64,000 bases of DNA from Octopus vulgaris (taxonomy: Eukaryota), in assembly GCA_951406725.2 (NCBI GenBank), contig OX597818.1, forward strand, positions 38,006,001 through 38,070,000. The letters run 5' to 3'. Under the pieces are notes generated by a model. It was not told where the DNA came from. It did not search any database and saw nothing but the letters and a program-made list of their open reading frames with translations. The position numbers and the translations under genes were made by a program. Numbering within the stretch: the first letter of the stretch is position 1; every line of letters starts with the position of its first letter. Of the stretch, positions 1 to 10,474 are shown in pieces.

Positions 1-237
1 ATGTAAAATATTTTTCGGAATTATATAAACAAATTTTTAGGAAAGGACTAATTCCTCTCACAAAGATACACATCAACCTTTATTTAACATCTTTCACAAA
101 AAGAGAAAGAAAAAACAGCCAAAATATCTAGAGATCATTCATTCTCCTCAGTAAAAATAATAAATTTGAAAATACAAATGTTTACTTTGTGATATTATGA
201 AAATAAGATTAACAACAATAATATAGTCTGTTCTTAC

Positions 238-382
238 CATTCCATTTATCTTTGCAAATAACCTTTGTGGAATAATGGTAAATATTGTGATTTAAATATT
301 TCTGGATGAACTGCTTTGCAATACCACTCATCCGAAGCAACAAGCGTAATCCAACATTGTAGTCTTCAGAAACATTCATTTT
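238..382 (-). CDS. Leprecan/P3H-like exon (dioxygenase-domain region): KMNVSEDYNVGLRLLLRMSGIAKQFIQKYLNHNIYHYSTKVICKDKWN
   Basis: Acceptor ttttgacag| at 383, donor |gtaag at 237; 145 nt, phase 0 to 1, no stop; IYHYSTKVICK aligns to the P3H LYFSYxHLVCR strand. Confidence 0.8.
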
Positions 383-454
383 CTGTCAAAAGATAAAATT
401 TTTTTAAAATTATAAAATGAAAATCAAATTCAATGACTAAAATTAAATTCGATG

Positions 455-987
455 ACTGGCATCTGTGCTAGTGGGGTACAAAGATCACCATATGAGTATG
501 ATAATTGACAGAGCAGCTAACTGGCTTCCGTGCTAGTGACACATAAAAGGCACCATTCGAGTGTGATCGTTACCAGCGTCGCCTTACTAGCACTTGTGCC
601 TGTGCTAGTAAGGTGCCAAGTACACCATCCAAGAGTGATCGTTGCCAGAGCAGCTAATTGACTTCAGTGCCGGTGGGCACGTAAAAGGCACCATTCGAGC
701 GTGATCGTTACCAGCATTGCCTTACTAGCACCTGTGCTGGTGGTATATGTAAAAAGATTCGAGCGAGGTCGTTGCCAGTACCACCTGATTGGCCCCTGTG
801 CCGGTGGCACGTAAAAGCACCCACTACACTCTCGGAGTGGTTGGCATTAGGAAGGGCATCGAGCTGTAGAAACTCTGCCAGATCAAGATTGGTGCCTGGT
901 GCAGCCATCTGGTTCACCAGCCCTCAGTCAAAATCGTCCAACCTATGCTAGCATGGAAAGCGGACATTAAACGATGATGATGATGAA
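455..987 (+). mobile_element. RTE-related SINE / LINE 3' end with internal tandem repeats and (GAT)n tail
   Basis: Repeats of gtgccggtggcacgtaaaagcacc, then ggttggcattaggaagggcatc...catgctagcatggaaag...aaacgatgatgat; more than 15 related copies in the window. Confidence 0.8.
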
Positions 988-1315
988 AAAATAAAACTAT
1001 TGAATAAAACTCTAGGCTAAGGATTATTTAGTTATATAACTACAACAACTACTACTACTACTACTTCATCATCATCATCATCTTCGAACATCCATTTCCC
1101 ATGTTGGCAAGGGTTGAACAGTTTAATGAAGTTCCAATGTCACCTTCAACTTGATTTCTACAGCTAGATGCCCTTCTTAATACCACCCACTTTATAGTAT
1201 GTATTGGATGTTTTTTTCATGCTACCAACACTAGTGAAGTTTGCCAAGAGCCCCTATCAGATACCTATGGGAGCAGTATAGCTGATTCATTTGATCCCTA
1301 CTTCCATGTATATAT

Positions 1316-1510
1316 CATCATCAGCAGCAGCATCGTCATCGTTTAACATCCACTTTCCATGCTGGCATGGGTTGGATGGTTTGACTGAAGACTAGAAAAC
1401 CAGGAGGCTGCACCAGGCTCCAATCTGATCTGGCAAGATTTCCACAGCTGGATGCCCCCTTCCTAACGCCAACCACTCCAAGAGAATAGTGGGTGTTTTT
1501 TACATGACAA
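1316..1510 (-). mobile_element. Same (GAT)n-tailed family, inverted copy
   Basis: catcatc...gtttaacatccactttccatgctggcatgggttgg...ctggatgcc...cctaacgccaaccactcc. Confidence 0.8.
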
Positions 1511-1524
1511 ACACACACACGTGT

Positions 1525-1581
<57 letters not shown>

Positions 1582-1719
1582 AGTGTGTGTGGTGTGTATG
1601 TGTTAATTCACCAGAAGTGATAAGTTACTCAGTACAAATGGAATGTATTCTTTAATGACTGAAAACTAGCAACTCTGAGTACCAGAAATCAGAGTCATTC
1701 AGTTATTTTATATATATAT

Positions 1720-2002
1720 TCTTTTATTTGTTTCAGTCATTTGACTGTGGCCATGCTGGAGCACCACCTTTAGTCAAAGAAATCGACCCCGGGACTTATT
1801 CTTTGTAAGCCTAGTAACTTATTCTATTGGTCTCTTTGCCGAACCGCTAAGTTACAGGGACGTAAACACACCAAGTTTCCATTTACCAAATCCATTCACA
1901 AGGCTTTGGTTAGCCCAAGGCTATAGCAGAAGACACTTGCCAAAGGTGCCACACAGTGGGATTGAACCTGGAACCATGTGGTTGGTAAACAAGCCTCTTA
2001 CC
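1720..2002 (-). mobile_element. tRNA-derived CORE-type SINE (internally deleted)
   Basis: Reverse complement of the family at 13537-14065 (accacatggttcc...ggcaagtgtcttct...gctccagcatggccacagtc). Confidence 0.75.
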
Positions 2003-2061
2003 ATATATATATATATATATATATATTTATGTATATGTATATGTGTGTTTGTGTGTGTGTT

Positions 2062-2095
<34 letters not shown>

Positions 2096-2192
2096 TGTTT
2101 ATTTTTATATGTATTCACACACACACACACACATATATGGGTTGGACCAACCCATGCTAGCATGGAAAGTGGACATTAAACAATGATGATGA

Positions 2193-2233
<41 letters not shown>

Positions 2234-2512
2234 ATTTTATTTAATGTCATGAGAAGACAAAACTGAGTCCAGAATTTGAACTTGGAACACTTCGGGATGA
2301 AATTAAACATTGCTGGTCATTTAGTCTAGCACTTTAGCATTTTTACCGCCTTAAATCAAACAAACTAATATTAAGATAAGTGAAACAAATGTGAGAATGA
2401 ATTAGAGAAATACAAAAACCAGCTCTGTCTAATTATGCATATTCCAGGAAGTATGGAAGTTTCAGACAAATGTGTTGCTGAAATGGTTAAATTAATTGAT
2501 AATGCAACTTAC

Positions 2513-2566
2513 TTCAACAGTTTCTGGCACAGTGAGTGTTTTCATACCATCAACAGTTTTCTGAAG
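2513..2566 (-). CDS. Leprecan/P3H-like small exon: LQKTVDGMKTLTVPETVE
   Basis: Acceptor tattttcag| at 2567, donor |gtaagt at 2512; 54 nt, phase 0 to 0, open, bridges the two neighbouring exons. Confidence 0.75.
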
Positions 2567-2643
2567 CTGAAAATATAACAAAAATAAAAAATATAGAACA
2601 TGCATCTAGCTTTCTCTTTCTCTCTAAATTTATATATATATAA

Positions 2644-2675
<32 letters not shown>

Positions 2676-3005
2676 ACATGTTCTCTCTCTCTCACTTTCT
2701 CCTCATCCATCTCATCCTCTTGTACTGTCTTATATTCCTCCCCACCACTACGAAATTCTATAAAATGATTAAAATTCCCCACAAAGGAACTCAGTTTGAT
2801 TTGAAAACCCCACTAGAATGGGAGAAAGCGCTAATGATCTAAGTGATATGATATATATATAAAAAATGTAATATATAAATAAATCTCTGTAAATATAAAC
2901 CATCCGATCTTCTGATTACCTCATTTCTTCTAATATATAATACCTGTACATCATCTCCAAACCTTCCAATATATATATATATATATAGATATATATATAT
3001 ATTAG

Positions 3006-4330
3006 TCAATCCAATAGGTGTGTGGAAGCTAGGTTTAGAATCAAAAGGCCTTAGAGTCAATGTAGCAAAGACCAAAGTTATAGTAAGTAGGATGGTGAAC
3101 GTATCACACACACCCTCAGGTAGGTAGCCCTGCTTGATCTGTAGAAAAGGTGTAGGTAGAAACTCGATAATATGTACCCAGTGTAAGCTATGGACGCATA
3201 AGAGGTGCAGCAACATCAAAGGAAAATTAACCGAGAAGATAGCTTTTGTGTGCTGCAGATGCACAGAGGCAATAGACACTACAGATACTCAGAAAACAGA
3301 TTCCATCACACTCCAGGGGGGGAAACTAGAAGTAGTTGATAGTTTCCACTACCTAGGTGACCAAGTTAGTAGTGGAGGTGGGTGCTCAGAGGGTGCCACC
3401 ACTAGAATACGAATAGCCTGGATAAAGTTTAAAAAGCTTCTACCCCTACTGATGACAAAGGGTCTCTCACTCAGAGTGAAAGGTAGATTGTAAGACGCAT
3501 GTGTGCAAACTGCCGTGCTTCACAGTAGTGAAACATGGGCTGTGAATGCGGAGGACACGCATAGGCTTGAAAGAAATGAAGCTAGTATGACCCACAGGAT
3601 GTGTAATGTCAGTGTGCACACACAACAGAGTGTAAGTGCCCGGAGAGAAATGCTGGACATAAGAAGCATCGGATGTGGCATGCAAGAGAGATGTTTGTGC
3701 TGGTATGGTCATGTACAACGGATGGATAAAGAGAGCTGTGTGAAGAAGTGCCACTCCCAAACAGTTGAAGGAATCCGGGGTAGAGGTAGACCTAGGAAGA
3801 CATGGGATGAGGTGGTCAAGCATGACCTTCGAATGTTGGGCCTCACAGAGGCAATGACAAAAGACCAAGATCTCTGGAGATATGCTGTGACTACGAAGAC
3901 CCAACAAATAACGTGAGTTCATGGCTGTTTCCTGCACCAGCTTCACACAGCAGCCCCAGCCCATCCAAAGTACCTTGGATCGCAGAACGGCCTGCTGTGC
4001 TTACCTTGGATCGTAGGGCGACCTGCTGTGCTTGAGGAGACCTATTGAGTCAAGTACATCAACATCAAATAAAAATCAAATGGAAATTATAGTTGGATAC
4101 CTGTGCCGGTGGCACATAAAAAGCACCAACCAATCATGGCTGTTGCCAACCTCCCCTAGCACCACTACACTCACGGAGTGGTTGGTGTTAGGAAGGGCAT
4201 CTAGCTGTACAAACACTGTCAGATCAGACTGGAGCCTGGTGCAGCCTCCTGGCTTCCCAGACCCAGTTGAACCGTCCAACCCATGCTAGCATGGAAAAAG
4301 GACATTAAACGATGATGATGATGATGATGA
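3006..4330 (+). mobile_element. 5'-truncated RTE-clade LINE (RT C-terminal half, disrupted by stops) with 3' UTR and (GAT)n tail
   Basis: GLRVNVAKTK, LEVVDSFHYLGD, RIRIAWIKF, LHSSETW, LCWYGHVQRM, GRGRPRKTW motifs (ORFs 3134-3493, 3503-3916); in-frame stops at about 3125 and 3491. Confidence 0.9.
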
Positions 4331-4400
4331 TTTATAAATTTTACTGGTGAGTGTGTTGAATTATAAGGCACTAAAAGTAAGTGACTCTCCAGACACAACA

Positions 4401-4452
<52 letters not shown>

Positions 4453-4475
4453 TTTATCATTAAAACTGCAAAAAC

Positions 4476-4615
4476 ATCACAAAAACATCACAAAAAACTG
4501 CTACTTAGAGTTTCACCTTCCTGTTCGTTAGACAGTTGTGATTCTTATTCACACCTCTCCGACAAACTGGAACATGAAACACTGAGTAGCAGTTTTTTGT
4601 GATAATTTTGTGATG
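4476..4615. repeat. Palindromic element with two inverted, decayed hammerhead-like motifs (family B)
   Basis: Arms atcacaaaaaactgctacttagagtttca / tgaaacactgagtagcagttttttgtgat; related to 41282-41400. Confidence 0.7.
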
Positions 4616-4619
4616 GCTC

Positions 4620-4804
4620 TGTAGTACAAATGTCTCATTTGCATAAGTTTTGAATTAAAATCTTCCACCAAACCTTAGTCACAATTTATGTTCCTAACAC
4701 TAGCTTAATGATAACTAAGTTATTTTACTAAATTCTTTGTTGTATTTAAAATTAATTGAAAGAAACACAGAAAACATCTCAACAGAAATATGATAACAAA
4801 AGGG
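4620..4804 (-). mobile_element. piggyBac-type MITE (partial)
   Basis: Ends ...taacaaaaggg|ttaa; reverse complement of the element at 16251-16470. Confidence 0.7.
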
Positions 4805-4837
4805 TTAAGGTAAAAAATGTTCAACTAAAATACTTAC

Positions 4838-5035
4838 AGTTACCAGGTTTATCATTTCTTGACACTGCTCATCTCCAACAAAACCATCCACAACTAAACG
4901 ATAGGGTTCAAAGAGGTCATTTGGTTCAGCCATAATTTTCAAACCATACTTCTCAAAGATGTGTAAATAATGGTTTTCATTCAGACGCTTGTGGTTAAGA
5001 GGTTCCATGCTGTCCAAGTCTATTGATTTCAAACT
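4838..5035 (-). CDS. Leprecan/P3H-like exon, start of dioxygenase domain: SLKSIDLDSMEPLNHKRLNENHYLHIFEKYGLKIMAEPNDLFEPYRLVVDGFVGDEQCQEMINLVT
   Basis: Acceptor tttgttttcaag| at 5036, donor |gtaagt at 4837; 198 nt, phase 0 to 0; GLKIM..ND L..PYRLVVDGFVGDEQCQEM matches the P3H GxxLxxNSxxLNGxQRVxxDxxxSxxECxxL segment. Confidence 0.88.
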
Positions 5036-5411
5036 CTTGAAAACAAATAAAAATTGAAATATTTAGTTAGGTAAAAGGTATCCAATTGAATATTTCACAT
5101 GCAGTCAATACCACCATACATGATATTTAGCAAGATATATTTTAGTTGTAATATGATGAATAGAAAAAACTTGCATAGGATCAGTAATTATGGTAATATT
5201 TATCAATTTTTACAAAAGAAAGTATCATAGTGACTTTAAAGCTTCACTAGCTGTCATCAAACTGCATACAACAACCACAATAGCAGTAACAACAACCTTC
5301 CATTATCAAACCAGAAAAACTGTTTCCACCACACCTCCCCCTCCATGCAACCCTACAAACATAGTTTCCTCCTATCTTTCTTTATCTCCTTTCCCACTCA
5401 ACTACTGTTTT

Positions 5412-5645
5412 CTTATTTCTTTACTGCCTACAAGGGGCTACACACAGAGAGGACAAACAAGGACAGACAAACGGATTAAGTCAATTATATCGACCCCAGT
5501 GCATAACTGCTACTTATTTAATCGACCCCCAAAAGGATGAAAGGCAAAGTTGACCTTGGCGGAATTTGAACTCAGAACGTAGCCGCAGACGAAATACCGC
5601 TAAGCATTTCGCCCGGCGTGCTAACATTTCTACTAGCTCACTACC
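5412..5645 (-). mobile_element. tRNA-derived SINE with conserved gcctttcatcctttcggggtcgat central domain
   Basis: Reverse complement of the family at 30671-30900. Confidence 0.8.
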
Positions 5646-7169
5646 TTATTTTCTGCCAACAAACTAACTTACACCATACCCAATTTTCATCTACATTGTT
5701 CCACCCACCAAAAAGAACACCCTGTCAAAAACACTCTACATAAGACTTGAAAAACAAACAAAACAGTCTGATGACAGCAAGCAAGCCAAAGCTTTAAAGT
5801 CATTATAAATCTTATCTTATAAAAACAAATAAATATGGTACTTGACTAAAAGGTATTCAATGATCTTTCAATTTAGTATTCAGCTGTTTTTATATAAACA
5901 GTAACAACCACAACTTCTGTTCCTTATTATCCACAATTATATATATCAAACAGATGAAAGAATCTAAAGACATTCAAAATAATGATGAGCAAGCCTAAGA
6001 TTGATTTTTTTTCAAATTTGGTGTGTATTTCTTATGAGGTTTACCCCAATCTAATGTAATGCCATATAAAAGTAAATACATTAACTGATACAAATAAAGA
6101 TTACTTAACAAAGTGTTGTATCCTATAAATTCAAGGGACAGGCTCAGATATAGTTGTCAGTAGTCTCAGATAAGAGACAAACAAAAATCTTAAAAGGATT
6201 TTATTTCATGAAATGTCTCTGCTTAAAGTTTGATTTGAAACACTAACTATAGTAATCTAAAATATCTCCATGCTAAAGTCATTACCTGTTATTTATCTTA
6301 TATCATGTTTGGTAGTGATGATGATGATGATGAGTGCATGAAAGGTGGAACCCTTAGGTTTGGAACTAAGAATAATGAGTGCAGAAAGGAATAGATATTA
6401 TGATATAAATCAAGGCACTTCAGTTCTCTGAAAATCCTTCTTATTGCCAACCGTTTAACAATCTGTAATAGGTACATCTTATCAAAGCTCCAGCACTAGA
6501 GGTGTTGCTTTTGTCCCTGGCAAAACTAAAAAAAACCTACATTGTCTCCATTCTTTTGTGCCCTTATTGTCTTAACAAGGGACTTGTTTCTTCCCTGAAT
6601 TGTCTATATTCATTTCATTTCTTTCTTTCCTACACAGATGGATAGCAAGAAAGCTAGAGTGAAAAGGTAACATATGAAAAAGTAACTGAAAAGAAGCAGA
6701 AAAGTAGGAGTGAAAGATTGGGAGAAAAGAAAACTATAAATGAGAGAGAGAGAGATAAACAGTTACATGAGGGTTATTGGTAGGAAAATAAAATAAGAAA
6801 TATGATTGAAAAAGTGATAGAAGAGAGAGCCATGAAAGCAAAAGAATCAAAGTGAAAAAATGATAGAGTAATGAAAGAGAAAGAGAGTTAGTGAGTGATC
6901 TACAGCTATACAAAGGTTCTTGGTAAGGAGGTTGAAGAGAAAGAGTATGAGTAGTATGATGGGGAAAAGAGAACGATAAAAAGGAGGTCAAATAATAGAA
7001 GAGGGAATAATGGCTGTGATAGAGAGAGGCAGATGTTAACAATGTGAGACAAAGGAAGGATTAATGTGAAAGAGTGATAGCAATAAAGAAGGGTGATTGT
7101 AGGAGAGGCTCATTACATAGGTTACATGACGTAAGAGAGAGTGACAATGCAATTACATATGTATATACA

Positions 7170-7222
<53 letters not shown>

Positions 7223-8466
7223 AGAGTTTACGAAAAAAACAAAAGACGAAGACAGGTGGTGTACAAAACAAACAGATGTATTTGTATAACGCTCAGGAAT
7301 AGAAAAAGTCTTTTACGTTTTGAGTCTATGCTCTTCTACAGAAAGGGACACAGAAAAAAACAAGAAGAGAAAAAACTGTGTGTAGTGGCTAACGATCTAT
7401 GCACACACATACATACAAAGGGGGTGAGAGATTGTTGGTTCTGCTACAACATAGCAACTAGGAATGTAGAAGATAATTAAGCATACCCTCTTTGTTGTGC
7501 CTGACTGAACAGACCTATGATCAAAGGCTTCTAGCTTTTTTAACACTTTAATAGGAAAAGAAATCAAGAACCATCAAAATATATTAAAAAATTAAGTGAT
7601 TTATTTGTTTAGTGTAGTTCAATTTTAGGGTAAATGTTGCCCACTTTAAACACCAAGCATAAAACATAGACAAATAAAGTTATCAAGTTCCTACTCACAA
7701 CTATCGTTTGTAAGCCATCTCAGCTATAGTTTGCAAGCCATCTTAGCAGCTAATTTGCAATAAACAAAAAATTACCAGAGCAGTTACCCACTGCAAGCAA
7801 TAATTTTTTTTTTTTTTTTAATTAAGCATTTTTGTTTTCTTTTAACAATCTTGTTCTCTTTCTAGAGCAAAGCCTACAATAAATTGATATCAGTTTCAAC
7901 AGATGAGATATACATTTCATCTGCTTGGCAAATTGAGAGTTGGGATTGGTTCCAAGAACTCTCGTCGCACCCATTTTGGAGACAGGGGAATTGAAAAAAA
8001 AAAAAAGAAAAACCCTAACTTGACATTAATTCCATGAATCACTCTGTGCATTGTGGACTTGATTTTCTGGGTTAAATAATAGGGAGATGGGAGATATGAA
8101 TAATAGAAGAACAAATCTGGATACTTTTAAACATGTGCTGACATGTTTAATTTTATTACGCAAACAAAACAAAATGTTTTAAAATGTTGTAACAATAGAT
8201 TTTATTCTATTTGTTCTTTACATGCCAAGATTTGAACTAAGGCTTTCTTAAAGAAATTCATATTCCCATAGTCAACTCAGATTTTCTTAACATACCAATG
8301 TTATGAAGGCTCTTTCACTAACCGTATTTAAAAAATCTTAATATTGCTTAATTGCATGTCTATACTAGAACCTAAACATGAGTCACAAGCAAGTAACAAC
8401 AGTCAACACTCCCTCAAATTACATTCCACTGTTTTAAGAAAAGAGAAGACACATTGGATAATGTAG

Positions 8467-8890
8467 TCATCATCATTGTTTAACGTCCACTTTCCATGCT
8501 AGCATGGGTTGGACGATTGACTGAGGGCTGGCGAACCAGATGGCTGCACCAGGCTTCAATCTTGATCTGGCAAAGATTTTACAGCTGGATACCCTTCCTA
8601 ATGCCAACCACTCCAAGAGTGTAGTGGGTGCTTTTATGTGCCACCGGCATGGAGACAGTCAGGTGGCACTGGCAACGACCTTGCTTAAATTTTTACACAT
8701 GCCACCAGCACAGGTGCCACACGGAGGCCAGATAGCCGCTCTGGCAATGATCACGCTTGGATGGTGCTCTTAATACCCTACTAGCATGGGGCTCGAGTGC
8801 CAGTAAGGCGACGCTGGTAACGATCACGCTTGAATGGTGCCTTTTATGTGCCACTGGCACGGAAGGAAGCCGGTTAGCCGCTCTGTCAAT
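8467..8890 (-). mobile_element. (GAT)n-tailed RTE-related element with internal tandem repeats
   Basis: Same family as 455-987, opposite orientation. Confidence 0.8.
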
Positions 8891-9764
8891 GAGATACATA
8901 ATGCATACAAACAAAATAAGATAAACATGGCTAGAAGCCTTTCATTATAGGCCTGTTCAGTCAGGCACAACAAGAAGGACATGCTTAATTATCTTCTACT
9001 TTCATTCCAAGTTGCTCTGTTGTAGCGGAACCAACAATCATACTTATCTTTATACCTTTGTTTGTATGAATCATTTTACAGTTATTTTATTGATATTTTT
9101 TTGTTCAGCATTTTCAGGACTCCTCAACATTGAACAGAACAAATCATGTACAAAATTTCCCACCTCTCCTCCTCATAATATTATTTACCAAACAAAGGTG
9201 ACAAGCTGGAAGAATTGTCACCACACTGGACAAAATGCTTAGTGGCATTTCATCTGTCTACAAGCTATGTTCAAATTCTGCTGAGGTCAACTCTGCCCTT
9301 CATCCTTTTGGAATTGATAAAATAAGTATCAGTTGAGCACTGGAGTTGAAGTAATCGACTTACCCCTTCCCCAAAATTGCTGGCATTGTGCCAAAATTTG
9401 AAGCCTGTATTGTTTATTGCTGGCTTTTATATTATTCAAGTATAAAGCTTGTATGGATTAGAATATATTTTTGAAGCAGATTTTCTATAACCAAAATCTC
9501 AACCTTTAACCAACCCTTACACATTTCCAAGTAAAGCAATCTTTCCACTACTAGTCCTTCAAACATAAACAAAACAACACAATGGCCAGACATGATTTTA
9601 CAGAAGATTACAAATGAACACTACTGCTTATATGTGAATGCGCATGTGTTCATGTTTGTTTGTCAACATCACAACAGTCACTTAGAATACACACAAATAC
9701 ATACATATATAAATATATATGTATGCACATATTCCTTTCTGTAGAAAAGTGTAGGCTTGAAACT

Positions 9765-10162
9765 CTTTACTCTTTTACATGTTTCAGTCATTTTGATAGC
9801 CTTTAGTCGAGCAAATCGACCCCAGGACTTATTGTAAGCCTAGTACTTATTCTATTGGTCTCTTTTGTTGAACCGCTAAGGTACAGGGATGTAAACACAC
9901 CAGCATCGGTTGTCAAGTGATGTTGGGGGGACAAACACACACACACAAACATATACACACACATGCATACACATATATATATATATATATACATATAAAC
10001 GACGGGCTTCTTTCAGTTTCCGTCTACCAAATCTACTCACAAGGCTTTGGTCAGCCCAAGGCTATAGTAGAAGACACTAGCCCAAAGTGCCACGCAGTGA
10101 GACTGAACCCAGAACTATGTGGTTGGTAAGCAAGCTACTTACCACACAGCCACTCCTACGCC
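9765..10162 (-). mobile_element. tRNA-derived CORE-type SINE, near full length
   Basis: Ends ...accacacagccactcctacgcc (tRNA-like head on minus strand); internal (CA)/(TA) microsatellite. Confidence 0.85.
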
Positions 10163-10431
10163 TTCCATTTTTCCTGAGCACCAAACTAAACACCATGTTT
10201 GTTGTTCCCTTACCTACCTCTGTCTTTCGTTTTGTTTTTGTACAATTTTGAACCGTATGTAAATATGCATGGACACAAGTGTGACCGTGTAGTTGAGAAG
10301 TTTGCTTCCTAACCACATGGTTTCAGGTTCAGCCCCACTGTGCGGCACCTTGGGCAAGTGTTTTCTATAACATCCCTAGGCCAACTAAAGCCTTGTGAGT
10401 GGATTTGGTAGACAGAAACTGAAAGAGGCCT

Positions 10432-10474
<43 letters not shown>

